Shown: positions 21,370 to 34,600 of the stretch, piece after piece
How positions within the stretch are numbered: the stretch's first letter is position 1
Layout: every line of letters starts with the position of its first letter
Assembly (NCBI RefSeq): GCF_964204645.1
Contig: NC_134026.1
Span: 4,549,950-4,613,949 of the forward strand
Source: Tubulanus polymorphus
Taxonomy: Eukaryota; Animalia; Nemertea
Reading direction: 5' to 3'
DNA length: 64,000 bases
Translations under genes and position numbers: made by a program
Notes under the pieces: generated by a model
What the model saw: only the letters and a program-made list of their open reading frames with translations
Told to the model about the DNA's origin: nothing
Databases searched by the model: none

Positions 21370-22641
21370 ATGGGTGCCGTAATAGCGATTCTAGTAATGA
21401 CGGCTTTGTTCGTCGTAGTGGGTATCATTCTACCGTTCGTTGTGCCGAAGGGACCAAACAGAGGGTAAGAAACGATGTGAAAAGAGTAAATTTAAAACCA
21501 CTTCCGCGTCAAAAACCTCGATTGCCAGGGCAGGGTATTCCAGTCTATTCTCCAACACAGTAGTAGCCTAGTATCCAATTTAGCCTCTAAGGGAAATCAG
21601 CCGCTTGCTGGTTCAGACTGTTTAGACGATTGCTTGAATGTGGTGGGTTTTGTAAGGGGCAAAAATCAAATCAAATCTACCAATAAAAAGGTCGATCCCT
21701 ATCAATTACAATGGTATCCAAAATCAAAGATGAACATAGTAGTCCTAGGTTGTAGCACAAAGTCAGGGGCCAGTTGCTCAAAAGATTGTTACAGATAACC
21801 AGTGGTTAAATAACAGACCTAAATAGTAACAATGGACTTCCTATGTCAACTATCCGCTGGTTAACTCATACCAACTTTTGAAACTGTGAGACCGGCCCCA
21901 GGATGCTGTGGAGTGTGTAAAATCTTATGTTCTTTTTACGGATTCAGCTAGAAGATGCAGTCTGTTACATTGGATATGATACCATCCAAAATATTTCCAA
22001 AATGATGATGCAAATTAGATTTAAAAGGATTTTGCTTTTATGATTTAAAAATGAGTTTTAATTGAAATTTTATATGAGATACTACAGAAATTATGAGATA
22101 TATATACAATCCAGAGACAAAGAGACTAATTCAAGTAATCAGAGATGATACAAACTAAAGGATTACTGATTACTTGAATTAGTCTCTTTGTCTCTGGATT
22201 GTATATATATCTCATAATTTCTGTAGTATCTCATTATTCCTGAAGATGACTATTAGGATATAGTCGAAACGTTGAAATAAACTACTATCTCGAAGTTTCA
22301 TTTTCGGACTTTTTATTATCATTGTGGGATTCTCTCCTCATCGCGTCAACACGGATATAGTGTTCTACCAATCATGAAATTTTATATCTTTCAGAATCAT
22401 TCAGACAATGTTATCAATGACAGCTGTTTGCGTTTATCTGTTGTAAGTATTTTAGAAAATAATAAGAACTGAATCTACCAGTTCTTACAGACACAGTTAA
22501 ACAGCACTTTTCACTGTTTCATGTTCTCTGATCTATTTCAGCTGGTTATGTACAATTCTTATGCAATTGAATCCTTTAATCGGACCTCAGTTAGACGGAA
22601 AAAACATGTACATTTTACAAAAGCTATGGACATCGAATTAA
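21370..22641 (+). CDS. ATP6V0E: V-type proton ATPase subunit e (~80 aa)
   Basis: Exons 21370-21464, 22395-22442, 22542-22641 give [65 protein letters not shown].... Signature motifs PKGPNRG and QLNPLIGP. A further intron (22646-22729) starts 4 nt after the stop. Confidence 0.95.
21767..21898. mobile_element. PIF/Harbinger-like MITE with CAG TSD
   Basis: GGGCCAGTTGCTCAAAAG...ACCGGCCC with CAG at 21764-21766 and 21899-21901. Related to 50171-50335. Confidence 0.75.
22074..22360 (+). mobile_element. Penelope-like retroelement pseudo-LTR remnant with inverted 5' duplication and minimal hammerhead motif
   Basis: Perfect 69-bp inverted repeat (22074-22142/22166-22234). It is followed by CTGAAGA-T-GACTAT-TAGGAT-ATAGTC-GAAACGTT (22240-22273) and AATAAA. 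The right boundary is approximate. Confidence 0.65.
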
Positions 22642-23151
22642 CCAGGTATGGAAAGTCCCAAATTTGTAGCTTCACCGATCGACTGGTGCCTCGCATCACA
22701 AATAAAATGTCTTTTTTCTCCCATTTCAGGTAGCCTAGATGATGTAGATAAGGATTTCTTCCGTTAATCAAAGAACTTTATACTTCATAAAAATATTGAG
22801 GACATCTAAATGACCTGAATAACTAGTCAGTAAATGTCTGTTTTGAGTTCATTTTAGTAGTAATTTCTACTACTGCGACTAGCAGCCACCTATCTGTACA
22901 TTCCCTTGTGTGATAATTTAAGATGTTTACTTTAGGAATAGATGCAGTGAAACTACAGGTGATTATGAGTATTCCTATGCTTAAAAATAACCATTAATTG
23001 GTTTTCTTCTGGTACTTATACTCGTGCATAATGATTATTATTAATCAAATACACCATTAATTTGCTTGTCATTCTTCCTCCACATCGAAATCACTGTCAT
23101 TGGTTTATTCTGTGGTATGATAAGGATATAGGGTTGAAGACAAAAAACCTG

Positions 23152-23258
23152 GACACAGTTCCACAGTTCCGAGTTAACTAGCTCTGAGTTAAAGTTAGTT
23201 CATTTTCAATGAGTTAACTCAGAGTTAAATCTTAACTCAACAACTGTGGAACTGGACC
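23152..23258. mobile_element. PIF/Harbinger-like MITE with CTG TSD
   Basis: CAGTTCCACAGTT ... AACTGTGGAACTGGACC, with CTG at 23149-23151 and 23259-23261. Confidence 0.75.
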
Positions 23259-23882
23259 CTGCAGTTTACTGTATCATGATTATTGTGTAATATTTATGAA
23301 TAATACTAGATATGTTCTAAGTATAATGGAAATCTGTGGTGTGAATTCCATGTTACTTTTGTGCAAATGTGTATATAGTTATCGTAGAAAAATAAATATG
23401 AACTATTTGGTCAACTGTAAACAGTTTGATTTGTTGGCCTGTTTCTTGAATATGGTTCTTTGCATAGTAAAGATGATACGGTCTATTCTGATACCGAGCG
23501 TGAAGCGCGGATCTTAATAGGACTTAATGGGGTTCGTACCTGCCCAGATAACGATATTCGTGAACGTAGGTGGCAGCACTATACGGTACCCTAGCGGATT
23601 TTATGCGAACTTATGTATTACTGGCTCACAATATAGACTAAAATTTTGACAATTCCAACTCTGAAAATCAAATACATGCATTTCCAGTACAAAACGATTT
23701 ATATCGATGATTACAGACGGCTGCAACACGGCACAAGAGTTGGCAATATCTATTAGTTCGCCGAAATTACGCTAGGGGACCATACTGTGCTGCCACTTAT
23801 GAAGCCATTGAGATCTCAAGGTCGCCGAGCGATTGTTTTTCATTTTGACATTTAATTCCATAAGAATCCGACAAGCTTCAAT

Positions 23883-26505
23883 ATGTCTGCATCTCGATCG
23901 TTTGTAACTGGTGTGGGAATGACTAAGTTTGTCAAGCCTCAGTCGAAGAATTGGGACTATCCGCAAATTGGAAAGGAAGCCTGTAAGTAGATAAAACTGA
24001 CAACGCCACCAAAGTTCTGCAAGCCGCCCACCCCTGTAGGCTAGTTAAAGTAGTTAGTTACCTAATCGTTGGTGGTAAGCTTTTTATAATCGGATGGGCT
24101 TATATGTGGTTTGTGAAAATATCCGATTGTGAAACTAAACCACTGACAGGTTACTGACTACCCACCCCCAGACAGACGTCTACTAGTAGACAAATCACCC
24201 AATACAACTCATGCTGGGTCTGAAGGGAATACTTTGGGCTATATTTTGTACCGACTATCTTTTTCTAACGCAGGTGAAGCAGCTTTACGCGACTCAAAAA
24301 TACCGTATTCGTCAATTCAGGCCGTTGTAGCGAGCTACTGTTATGGAGAACCGACTTGTGGCCAGCGTGTTGTGTATGAACTCGGACTCACTGGCATTCC
24401 TGTATTCAATGTCAATAACAATTGTTCATCAGCCTCTACCGCCCTGATGCTCGCTAACCTACTGGTAAAGAGTGGTTACGATTGTGTCCTCGCCGTGGGT
24501 AAGTTACTTAAAATAGGAAATCTTTGGAGTTTAAAGTGAACTGAGTTGGAGATTGATATCAAGACTGGGTTTCTAAACTGGAGATTTCAGTAAATTTCTT
24601 AGAAATTGTAATATTTAGTGGAATCTAGGTAATTTGCTTATAAGTCTGGATGGATACCAGATGATGCACAGGTTGCCCTACAACCAGTTGTTTGGGAATG
24701 ACGGTTAGATCCTGGTATTGCTTTCTTGAAAATGCATTCTCGTTCTATAGACAAAGATCAGAAGATGAAAATATATCGCATGTTTTTTTTGGATTTACTC
24801 TGCAGGTTTTGAAAAAATGGAAGGAGGTCTTTCACAACGCTATCCAGAAAAAGAGTCACCGGTAGGGCGGCACGTCAATCACTTGACAAAATTGGGGGCT
24901 GAACGCGGCCTAGTAAAACCGAAACTGAACAAAATGACTTCCGACGTAATAAAGATGTTCGCTTACGCCGCGCGAGAATATGAAGACCGATACAAAACGT
25001 ATTTCACCGACTGGGTCGAAATCGCTTTCAAAAACCGTCAACACGGAAAGAATAATCCGTACGCATCGGTGCGTAAAGACGTGACGAGGAAAACCATCGC
25101 CGATGAATCGAAGACGCTGTGTCACCCGATTACACTCGGAATGTCGACTCCGACGGCGGACGGTGGCGCCGCCGCAGTCGTTTGTAGCGAGGCGTTCGTC
25201 CGTCGACGCAAATTGCAGAACAAAGCCGTCGAGATTATCGCGCAGCACATGGTGACCGATCTGCCGTCGTCGTTCGGCGATAAGTTCAAAGATGTCGTCG
25301 GGTATTCGATGGCGAAGGAAGCAGCGGAGAAATGTTACACCGACACGGGTTTGTCCGCACGTCATCTCGATATATTAGAAGTGCACGATTGTTTCTCCTG
25401 TAACGAATTGTTCATGTACGAAGCCCTGCAACTAGCTGAAGAAGGAAAAGGTTTGAATCTAAATTAGATTAGTCAAACTCACTTATAACCCTTTCAGTGC
25501 TTGAATGATTAATACCGTAAAGTGCTGGAGATTATTTGAAAATTTTTGACGAATTCCACCTTGTGCATTGAATAATATGCATACCACTTAAGTGCTTCTA
25601 CACTGCAGTGCAATGTATCATCAGGTGCTTATCAGCATATAACTATGCATATAACTGTGTTTGACTGGCATTGCCATCGCCGTGTGATTTACTAGCAAAC
25701 CAATCTATGAACTGCACGGTGGTGGTGTAGAAGCACTGAAAGGGTTGTCGTCAGGGATGATCATTACGTCGACAGCTTATTGTTAGTAAATTCAACTGGA
25801 TATACAAAAAGTGGTAGGCCTACTTACTAGAAATAATGACGACAATGTGCAGATCTATTCATTGCCTAGAGGAAAAGTTTGGAAAAACAACAAGAACCAA
25901 TGTCTGGTGATTATACATTTCATCATTTCGATTTTAGTGATTTGAGTTGTGAGCTGATATTTTCAGGTACTGAATTGCTGCACTCGGGCGAATGGATTAC
26001 AAATAAAGCTGGTGGAAAACTGTACAAGATGGATAGATGGGTTGTGAATCCATCTGGAGGCCTAATATCAAAAGGTCATCCTATTGGAGCTACAGGTATT
26101 TATTTGTGTAATTTAGAAAGGAACGAAAGCCTGCTTTATCCAAATCTATCAATGGAAAATTCCATCCTGTTTATAAGAACATGTTGAATTTGACTGACCA
26201 ATTATCCGGACTTAACTGATTTTCATTTAAGTAGGTTTGACGTTTTGTTGTTAATAGTGAAACTTTTGAATATCTGGCAATATCTAAAATGGTGACATGT
26301 AGTAATTGTTGAAATTTTGTTGCTGTAAATTTTAGGTTTGGGTCAATGCGCTGAACTAGTTTGGCAACTCAGAGGGGAAGCTGGTAAGCGACAGGTTGAT
26401 GGTGCTAAAATTGGAATGCAACATAATTTTGGAATCGGCGGTGCTGCTGTTGTGACTATGTATGCAAAACCAGACTTTGACCAAGTTATTTCGTCTAAAC
26501 TGTAG
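23883..26505 (+). CDS. SCP2-type (SCPx/daf-22-like) peroxisomal 3-ketoacyl-CoA thiolase lacking the SCP2 carrier domain, ~422 aa
   Basis: Exons 23883-23982, 24274-24498, 24806-25450, 25967-26095, 26336-26505. Motifs [17 protein letters not shown] (catalytic Cys), [38 protein letters not shown]. Ends ...VISSKL* (PTS1). Confidence 0.92.
24050..24161. mobile_element. MITE with GTAGT-type TIRs
   Basis: TIRs GTAGTTAGTTACCT / AGGTTACTGACTAC (12 of 14 complementary). A second copy lies at ~14384. Confidence 0.65.
25489..25744. mobile_element. piggyBac-like MITE
   Basis: TIRs CCCTTTCAGTGCTT / AAGCACTGAAAGGG with degenerate TTAA flanks. Family copies at 33824 and 46593, partial copy at ~61070. Confidence 0.75.
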
Positions 26506-28033
26506 ATTATTCAAAAGCAAAATGTTAAATTGACTGTGATTTAAACATGAAAATAGCATATATGTACAACAGTAGACAGTTCATATTCAGTCAGCTCTAG
26601 AAACCACGGTTCAAAGTCACTAAACTCAACCAAAAGAAGACTTCCCCTGATTCTAAACTTAATAATTGGCTGCTGGACTATTTCTAGATTGAATGCGTTT
26701 TTTATGATTATTATAAACCATTATAATGGAAATTATAATGTAAAGATATATTTATATATAAAGATATATGTGTGTGTAAAAGATCGTTTAAGATTCATTT
26801 TTGAAGGCTGACCCGTGTTCCATTGGGATCTTCCTTGGGTAGCATGAAGACTACCGTGCTAGTCTCTGCTGGTAGTCTCTTAAAGTATTTATCGGCACAG
26901 AATCGAAGGGGGTTGCGCACTCCCTTTTTCAATTGAGTGTTGTTGAAAAAATGTTTGGAAAATGTGAATAATATCAGAACTGATCTAGATCTGCCTCTCG
27001 GGTTCATATTTTAGCTCTAATAAAAGTTTCATGCCTGAAACTGTAGTCGTCTTAAGGAAGCAGCTTTGTGAATCCAGGTTTTTGTAGTAAAGTAGTGATT
27101 CAATCCCAAGTGTACAAAGCAGGGAAAAATGGAACATCCAAAACAGCGATGAGACAAAGTGATGACAGATACAGCTTTGAAATGACTTGCATTGAAGTAA
27201 CTGAAGTTTATTTGTGTTTTATTAACAATAATAAAGACACATTGAAAGAAAAAATCAAAAATATCTTAAGTTCAATATAAATATTCATTTTCTTTCTATA
27301 TCTCATGAAAAACAATACGCGGACAAAAGCTGCCACTATAACATGTAACATAATCCTTTTAACAAATTTTAATCACAATTCTTAGAACGTTCTTTGATAA
27401 AGAAAAGATACTTTCTTAATGCCAGTCAATACGATACTTCGTATTAAAACATTATTTCATATGGAGCTACATCATATGAATATTTATTAAACATTTTGTG
27501 TAGAAGATCACAGTAAATTGTATGTTCTATTGAAGTTCGGACAGAATCTTCAATTCGATAACAAGCATATACGTGTTTAATGTAAACAGTGAATGCAGAC
27601 TATGTACAAAGCAGGCTACGTACACCAATAATCAATGAATATGTATGAAAAGCATACATTCAATTTTGAGAAGCAGCCCACCAGAAATCTTACCAAGTAA
27701 ACCTTAACCTTAGCAATTCTTATAACATTTAATGTATACTTGGAGATTTCGAATCTAATGATATTGCTACGTCTTCACAAGTTTCCCCATTCAGACAAAA
27801 CGTTATGGTAGAAATCATTGTGTGTTTCAGCAGTGGAGTGGTTAATGCATAGTACTAGATTACTGACACATACCCAGTAGAAATATTTACAGAACTTACT
27901 GTTCAGAACAGAAGCTAGGCAGAGATTTTTGCCATCAAGAGAATGTGAACGGGAAGTACACATTCATGTTCGTTTGCATATCTTCCACAGGACGGAAAAA
28001 ATGTGGCTCTTGCTGCTCAAGACCAGTTACAGT

Positions 28034-28501
28034 CAAGGGCGGATCCAGGGGCCAGTTGCACAGTCGTGACTAAAGTAAAAAAATGGTCTTAAATCTTAAG
28101 ACTGGTCTTAAGTTGTTAGATTGGCTATAGAACTAAGTTGGTCTTAGACTGGTCTTAAGTGTAAGTCATGACTATGCAACCGGCCCCAGGGGTTGACTTA
28201 GACAGTAGCACACATAAATAAATGAAAAGGACGTATATACTGAAAAAGGGGAAAGTCCATGAAAAGCAAGAGGGAAGCCAAAATGGGGTTCTGGAAAATT
28301 TTGAAATTTCAGCGCAGCGCATTGTAATGCAATTTCCAGGCACCGAGGACATTAAAGAGAATGTAGGCGTATAGGCCAAAGTCTTGTTTGTGCGGCTCCA
28401 TTAGTTGCAGGTCGAAAAATTGCCCGACAAAAATTGCTGTGGTTTTTTTCGAATAGGCACCGAAAAATGATGACAGGAGCACGTATCTGGATCCGCCCCT
28501 G
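28034..28501. mobile_element. MITE with CAGGGGCGGATCCAG-type TIRs, interrupted by a nested Harbinger-like MITE
   Basis: CAAGGGCGGATCCAG / CTGGATCCGCCCCTG. Confidence 0.7.
28049..28186. mobile_element. PIF/Harbinger-like MITE with CAG TSD, nested
   Basis: TIRs GGGCCAGTTGCACAGTCGTGACT / AGTCATGACTATGCAACCGGCCC, with CAG at 28046-28048 and 28187-28189. Internal TGGTCTTA repeats. Confidence 0.8.
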
Positions 28502-28652
28502 ACCGTTCTGGACTAGAATTTGATTATATGTAATTCTAACCAATTGCTGTCAAACTTTATCCTTGACTGTGGAACCATACTCCGATGCTTATATCACAGG
28601 TCTGTTTAACCATCTATTATTGAATGTTTTAAGTCATTCTGATTCGCCCTGA

Positions 28653-31600
28653 TTATCGTATACTGCTCAGATTTCCACTAGTGTTCCCTGGTTTTGGCTG
28701 TTGGTAGTACATCCTGAATCGGTGAGGAGACGCTATTCCATTTTGTCGATCTCTCAGTTTAGCGTTGGCGGTTGTCACACTACTCGAGCCCCGCAAGCTA
28801 CACAAAACACGATAAAAGAAATAATCTTAGTTTCAACGGGTTAACCTTTACAACAAGTCAATATATATTGTAACCATGTATAGAATGATAATGTTATTAC
28901 AATATCAATCCACAATTTGAGGCTCTACTTACTTAGTGGAATAGGCATCACTTTCAGTCTCCGGAGGATGACTGGCACCCTTTGCATCAGCGGCGAACTG
29001 GTAAACAATCAACAGGCAGTCCTTACAAAGTTCTACAATCCGTCTACAACAATTCATTTCTTGCACAGCAATCACATCCGTGCTCTTACTGAAAATCGTT
29101 TCCCACGAGTTCCTACAGCGGAATATTAAAATCATTAGATAATAAATATGCAGAGGAGCTCATGCTGAATGTGGAAGTTTACTGAAGCTCCCAAAGAATC
29201 GTTGTAATGTGATCATATTTCCTCTTACGAAGAATCAATTTCACCGCTATATTTTGAACACGGTGATTACATACCCGGATTGCGAAAAACAGTTCCACAG
29301 TCCTTGTCCGTGGCTCCACAACAAACGATTGAACACACGGCCGAATATTCTGTAGAGTCGAAGATTTTCGATGTCCGGTACTTTCCAGGTACGTTGTAAT
29401 ACAGCTCGCACATTCGACCGCACAATATCAACAACCTAGAAGCCATACCCATTAAACATACAGTAGTTGAATATTGCGAATATATCTGAGAAATGAAACG
29501 TATGATTGATTCGATTTTCACACACCTTCCGTCTCTTGATCGAGTCCAGCTTCACCAACCAGTAAGACGCTACGCGAGGCTTATGGAATTTCCAGTTTTC
29601 ATGAAGCTGGAAAAAATAGGATCCATTGATAGCTAGAATACCGTAACAATTCAACGAATGATGCGTTGAAAATATTGTCATTCATAATGACTTCCTAATA
29701 TGAACCTTGTCAAGTATCCATTCAGCTTCTTCATCAGATTTGCCTGGGAATTTGATTCTCATTTCATTCAGCGATATCAAAGTCTTCTTTAAAAGACCAT
29801 CCTCTCGGTCTAAACTGTTTAGATTTATTTCATTCTGCCAGAATAAACAAATAGTAATATAACTAAATTAGTCAAACAAATCAACCCGACATCCCCGAAG
29901 TTCCCTCCGAAGGACTCTGATATGAAGAAAAAACCGTGAAAAATGTGCACTTCAAATCATAGATGATCTAAGCATTGTGCTACGTTCATGCTGCTTATAC
30001 AATACGCTGTGAATCAAAAGACTTACTAGAGTTTGGTTTATAATCGTAGCGGCTCTACTACTGCCTGGGCGAGGTAACGATCTAGAACGCTGACCGGTAT
30101 TTCCACGGCCGCCTGGTCGTGTAGCAGCTTGCTCCGAGCCCGGTCGACTAGTTTTGTTGTTGTTTGAACGAGACAGATTTTGTTGCGATTTTTGTGACGC
30201 GGTTGTAGCTAGCGTAGTATGCGAACGAGACAAGGACGGCTGTACCCCGGTATCCGTAGCGGTCATAGTAGTACCATCCATGGACATGATGTCGTCTTCA
30301 TCTTCGTCAGAATCGGACTCATCATCAGATCGTACCGAGGCCTGATAAGTAGGCATACTCGACAAGGGCTATAATGAGGAAGCAAAGCATTAGAGACTCT
30401 ACACAACGTAAATATGTTAGCTAAATAAGTTTCATCTAAGGAAATTGAACATTCTAGAATTTGCACTTTTTTCCATGGTTTCTTGTTGTTATTGTCTATG
30501 CTGAGGAGTTGATAACCAGTCTATGAAACCGGGATGATCCGGGGGGATCCACATACTCCCAATATCAAACATTAATAAACGCATTTAAGCATTTCATTGT
30601 AGCAACAAACGTAGAATTCTATGAGCGTTAAGAAAACATTTCTGAAGAACAGACTTTCCAATAATGGCTATACAAAATTACAGGCATCGTGAGAATAAAC
30701 TTACATACTTTTCAGCAATGAAGAAGAAACAAAAGAAGACAGAGTTGAAATTGTAAACTTACATACTTTTCAGTAATGAAGAAGAAACAAAAGAAGACAG
30801 AGTTGAAATGGGATGCTGTTTTTCGAAAAATGAAGATGGAAGTGGAAATGTAATGTAGATACCAATTTACCTTCGGACCGACTGAACGCGTCGATAATAT
30901 TCTTCCGTCATTCTCATCTGCTTCAACTTGAGAGAGCATATCAAGAACATCCTCTTCCTGCAAAATACATATTTACCGTACATAGAGGTCTGGGGAAAAT
31001 TCTGAAAAATCAAAGGGAATTCCGTGCTTCTTTCGGACAAAATAAGTATCAAAAAGTTATAGAAAAATAGGAGGCCCAAGGTGTTTAGGCCCCCATGGAT
31101 TTGCCCCTGAAGTTGATTTAGATACAACAGCACTTCTAGAATCACTCACTCTCAATCTGTTTGAATACGTCATCGTAATTTCCTTTTGTAACGCTCCTGA
31201 TCTACCGCTGAGGAATAAGGAAAATGCCTCGTTTATCAGATGAGCGAATCGTTCCTGTTTGAATTTATCCTCCGGTGGAAATATCCGCCGGAAACGTCCG
31301 ATGTTACGATTTTCATAATCTTCACGAGCGGTTTCTCGCCTTATTCTACCCAGCAGTTCTTTCTGTATTCAAGCAAAAATACAAATGATTAGATGAACAT
31401 CAAATATTCTTATTGTGGACCTTAAATATACATCTTTTCGAAAGACTAACCAGTTCATCTTTTTTCTTTTCAGCTACAATTCGTTTTTTCTGATATTCAG
31501 ATAAATCGCCATCTGAACGTTTATGAGGACGGAATAAACGCCGCTGAGCTTCAGCTTTTTGTGCAGCAATGTTACGTTTTTTATCACTTGCCCTGAAATT

Positions 31601-34600
31601 TCATAATTGTATAACTGAAACTAATAACATTCGGTATACACCCGGTAATGCTTCCTGATGCTGTATCCAAACTTATGTTGCGTAATCAAATTTGTAGGTT
31701 GCAAGTAATTTTACTCGTCAAAGTTACCTGATATTGAGTAATCTAATTGTATCTTCCAGTAGACTTGATTTCACTTGATAATCTATCCTTTCATCCGTGC
31801 CAAAACTGGGTGATCGATTGATCTAAAATAAATCGAAACTAATAAATTCAACAGGACTATTAAGCACAATCAGGAGACCTAGTTTAAAAGTTGTGGGTTA
31901 AATGTAACTCAGAATAAGTTTGTATGTTCAACTACCAACATCAACTGTTTTGACTGCACTCAAATGAGCCAAATCTTTGGAATTGGCATCAGCTTAAGCA
32001 GGTTTCATTAAGGAAAAGCAGAAGGTGTTTGGTTTTTCATAGACAAATCATCGTCTATGCATAAATTCAGTTGATGAATACAAATCCACAATTGAAGAAA
32101 AACATTTTGAAAATAGCTCATAGATTCGAGTCGAAATGTTAATATCCTATTACAGTTGTTCTTCAATTGTGGGTCGTAGGTGGTATTAGATGTTCTATAT
32201 CTCTACCTCGAGTAACCATGGCTTCAGTTTCCTATCCAACATAATGTCGAATCCGAATACTTCAAAGCAGACACTGTCACTACCCGCAGCCTGTCCCGGT
32301 CGGCACATACGATAAGCATGCAGAACTTGCGGCTCAGCTATGATCAAAGTCTTTATGATAATCTCCGATATACTTCTCCACAGATGAGCGACGTCGAAAT
32401 CATTTTTTCGTAGATATTCGTTAAGGAATCTCAGCGAGCGTTTACTGCCCGATTCCGTCGTGTCGCCTTTCTCGTAAGTATCGCTGTGCTTGTTTATTGA
32501 ATAGTTTGTCAAATGCATATATAAATGTTCCTGTAATTATATGAATGAAATAAAAACAATAAGTTGCGCAGAACACCTATAATAAACGAAGACCTCTGGA
32601 AATAGTTAAATGAACTGGCTGGAGTTCAGACCTGCCAACATAACACCACAGCAGGGACACAATAAGGAAAAATGAAGAATTAAAACAATTTTTAGAGGGA
32701 CAGTAGAAATTGTTTCATGGACAGAAATGGATTTTCGATAGCACCAAAAAAAACGCCAGCAAGGACAGTGAGACATTTTCATGGACTGCTTCTGACGATC
32801 AGGGACAGTAAATAGCTCTAGGAGTTTCATCTTTAAACAGGTCCCTAGGGTTAAGTATTATTATAAGCAGTGCAATATGAAATTTTTTGTTCTTCCTGAT
32901 TTGGCCATTACCATTATGTGACAAGAAACACACAAATTGCTAGGAATAACAAATGTCTCAATGATAAAGTGGAGAATCCCACCACAAAAGTTTCAATCAC
33001 CATTAAGTGATAAAGATGCAAAAAATACTAACAATGTTGCTCTCATGGGGAATAAGGTATTTCTCGGTGCTGATTCGAACGAGTCCGTCTTCGAACAGAA
33101 ATATACGTAACGGATCACACGACGTGACGAGCACATAGATGCGTAAATCCGTCTTATATCCGTCGATCAGAAATGGTTTGTCGATGTATTCCTGAACTAT
33201 GATGTGTTCTGACTGAGGAATCTTGTCCGAATTACGATACAATTGAATCCTGAAATGATGAACAAAATGCTTTATACGATTCAACAAAAAAAAATTTAGA
33301 AAACGAAAACGTAAAACTATTTCACTTATTCTTTCTAAACATGTATTTTGATGGTTAATATATCTCGAGAATTTACCCATTTCCCATCGCTCCATTGACC
33401 GGTTTCGTAATGTACGTCTTTGTTTTTCGTTTTTTCTTCAAGTCTCTGGTGTAGTTCATGAACGCGTTATACTCGTTTGGAAAAATCCATGTTTTTGGCG
33501 TGAAATTATATTCATCGGGATGTGCTTTACTCATTCTTAAAGAGACAACAAATTATGTCAGTTAACAAGAGCGTGAGGTATTCATAATATCATCTCTTGA
33601 CTTCTGACTGAACTTACTTGGCCATATTTCTTGCGAGCGAATCTTTTCGACATATTTCGCCCATGCTGGGAAAGTGATTAATTCTCTGATACGGTTTCAA
33701 TTCGGCAATTCTTTCAGTCGACACAAAACAATCGTTCCAAATGAGATAACTGTAATGACACAGATTGAAAACAAAAACGTTGAGGACTTTGATTCGCATT
33801 GTTCGAGAAAAGAATCACATCAACCCTTTCAGTGCTTCTACACTGCAGTGCGGTATATAGATCAGTGATGGACTTTGCTTGTACACCGCATTGCAGTGTT
33901 ATCAGGTTTTATCTCAATTGAAAGATGGCAGCACCTGTCAACATAGTGATATTTTGGCTACTAACGATACGCTGCACCACAGTGTAGATGCACTTAAGTG
34001 TTTCGCCCGTTATACAACAAACTGGGGTGGAATTTCTTAAAATTTCAAAATCTCCAGCACTTTCAGGTATCAATTAGTCAGCACTGAAAGGATTAAGGCA
34101 GAGCATATATGATTGCTCAGAATAAAATTTTATGTTTTAAATCTCCCTTAAGACAGTCCTGCCATTTCTGTGCTCGCTTAAAATTTCATTGTAGGTCAAT
34201 AAAAAGAAAACGCCTCCATATCGCACCTATTAGGATCATCTTCTTTTGTTAATGTAAATCCAGCCTTCGTCGTCACATGTCGAACTAAAACATGATAAGT
34301 GTACATGAAGTAATGAACAAAGTTGGATGAATAATCAATAGGAATATAACACGTACTGATTTCATATCTGGTACCACCGAGGTTTACAGTGATCGGATTT
34401 TTACGCTTTTTCTTGCGTTTATGTTTACTTGGTTCCTCGAGGGTAACGTGCTCATATTTCGGAGGCAGTTCTTTCGACTTTCGTTTGTGAGTATTCAATG
34501 CGTTCAGGGCAACCTCTGAAAATACATCGAAAGACATAATCATTATATCAAAACAGAAATAACAGTTGTATCTTGATTTTAACTCAGTTCAATTGCAGGG

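Noticed and set aside
22646-22729. 3' UTR intron in ATP6V0E as an NMD signal
   Set aside because: The junction is only 4 nt after the stop, well inside the 50-55 nt rule.
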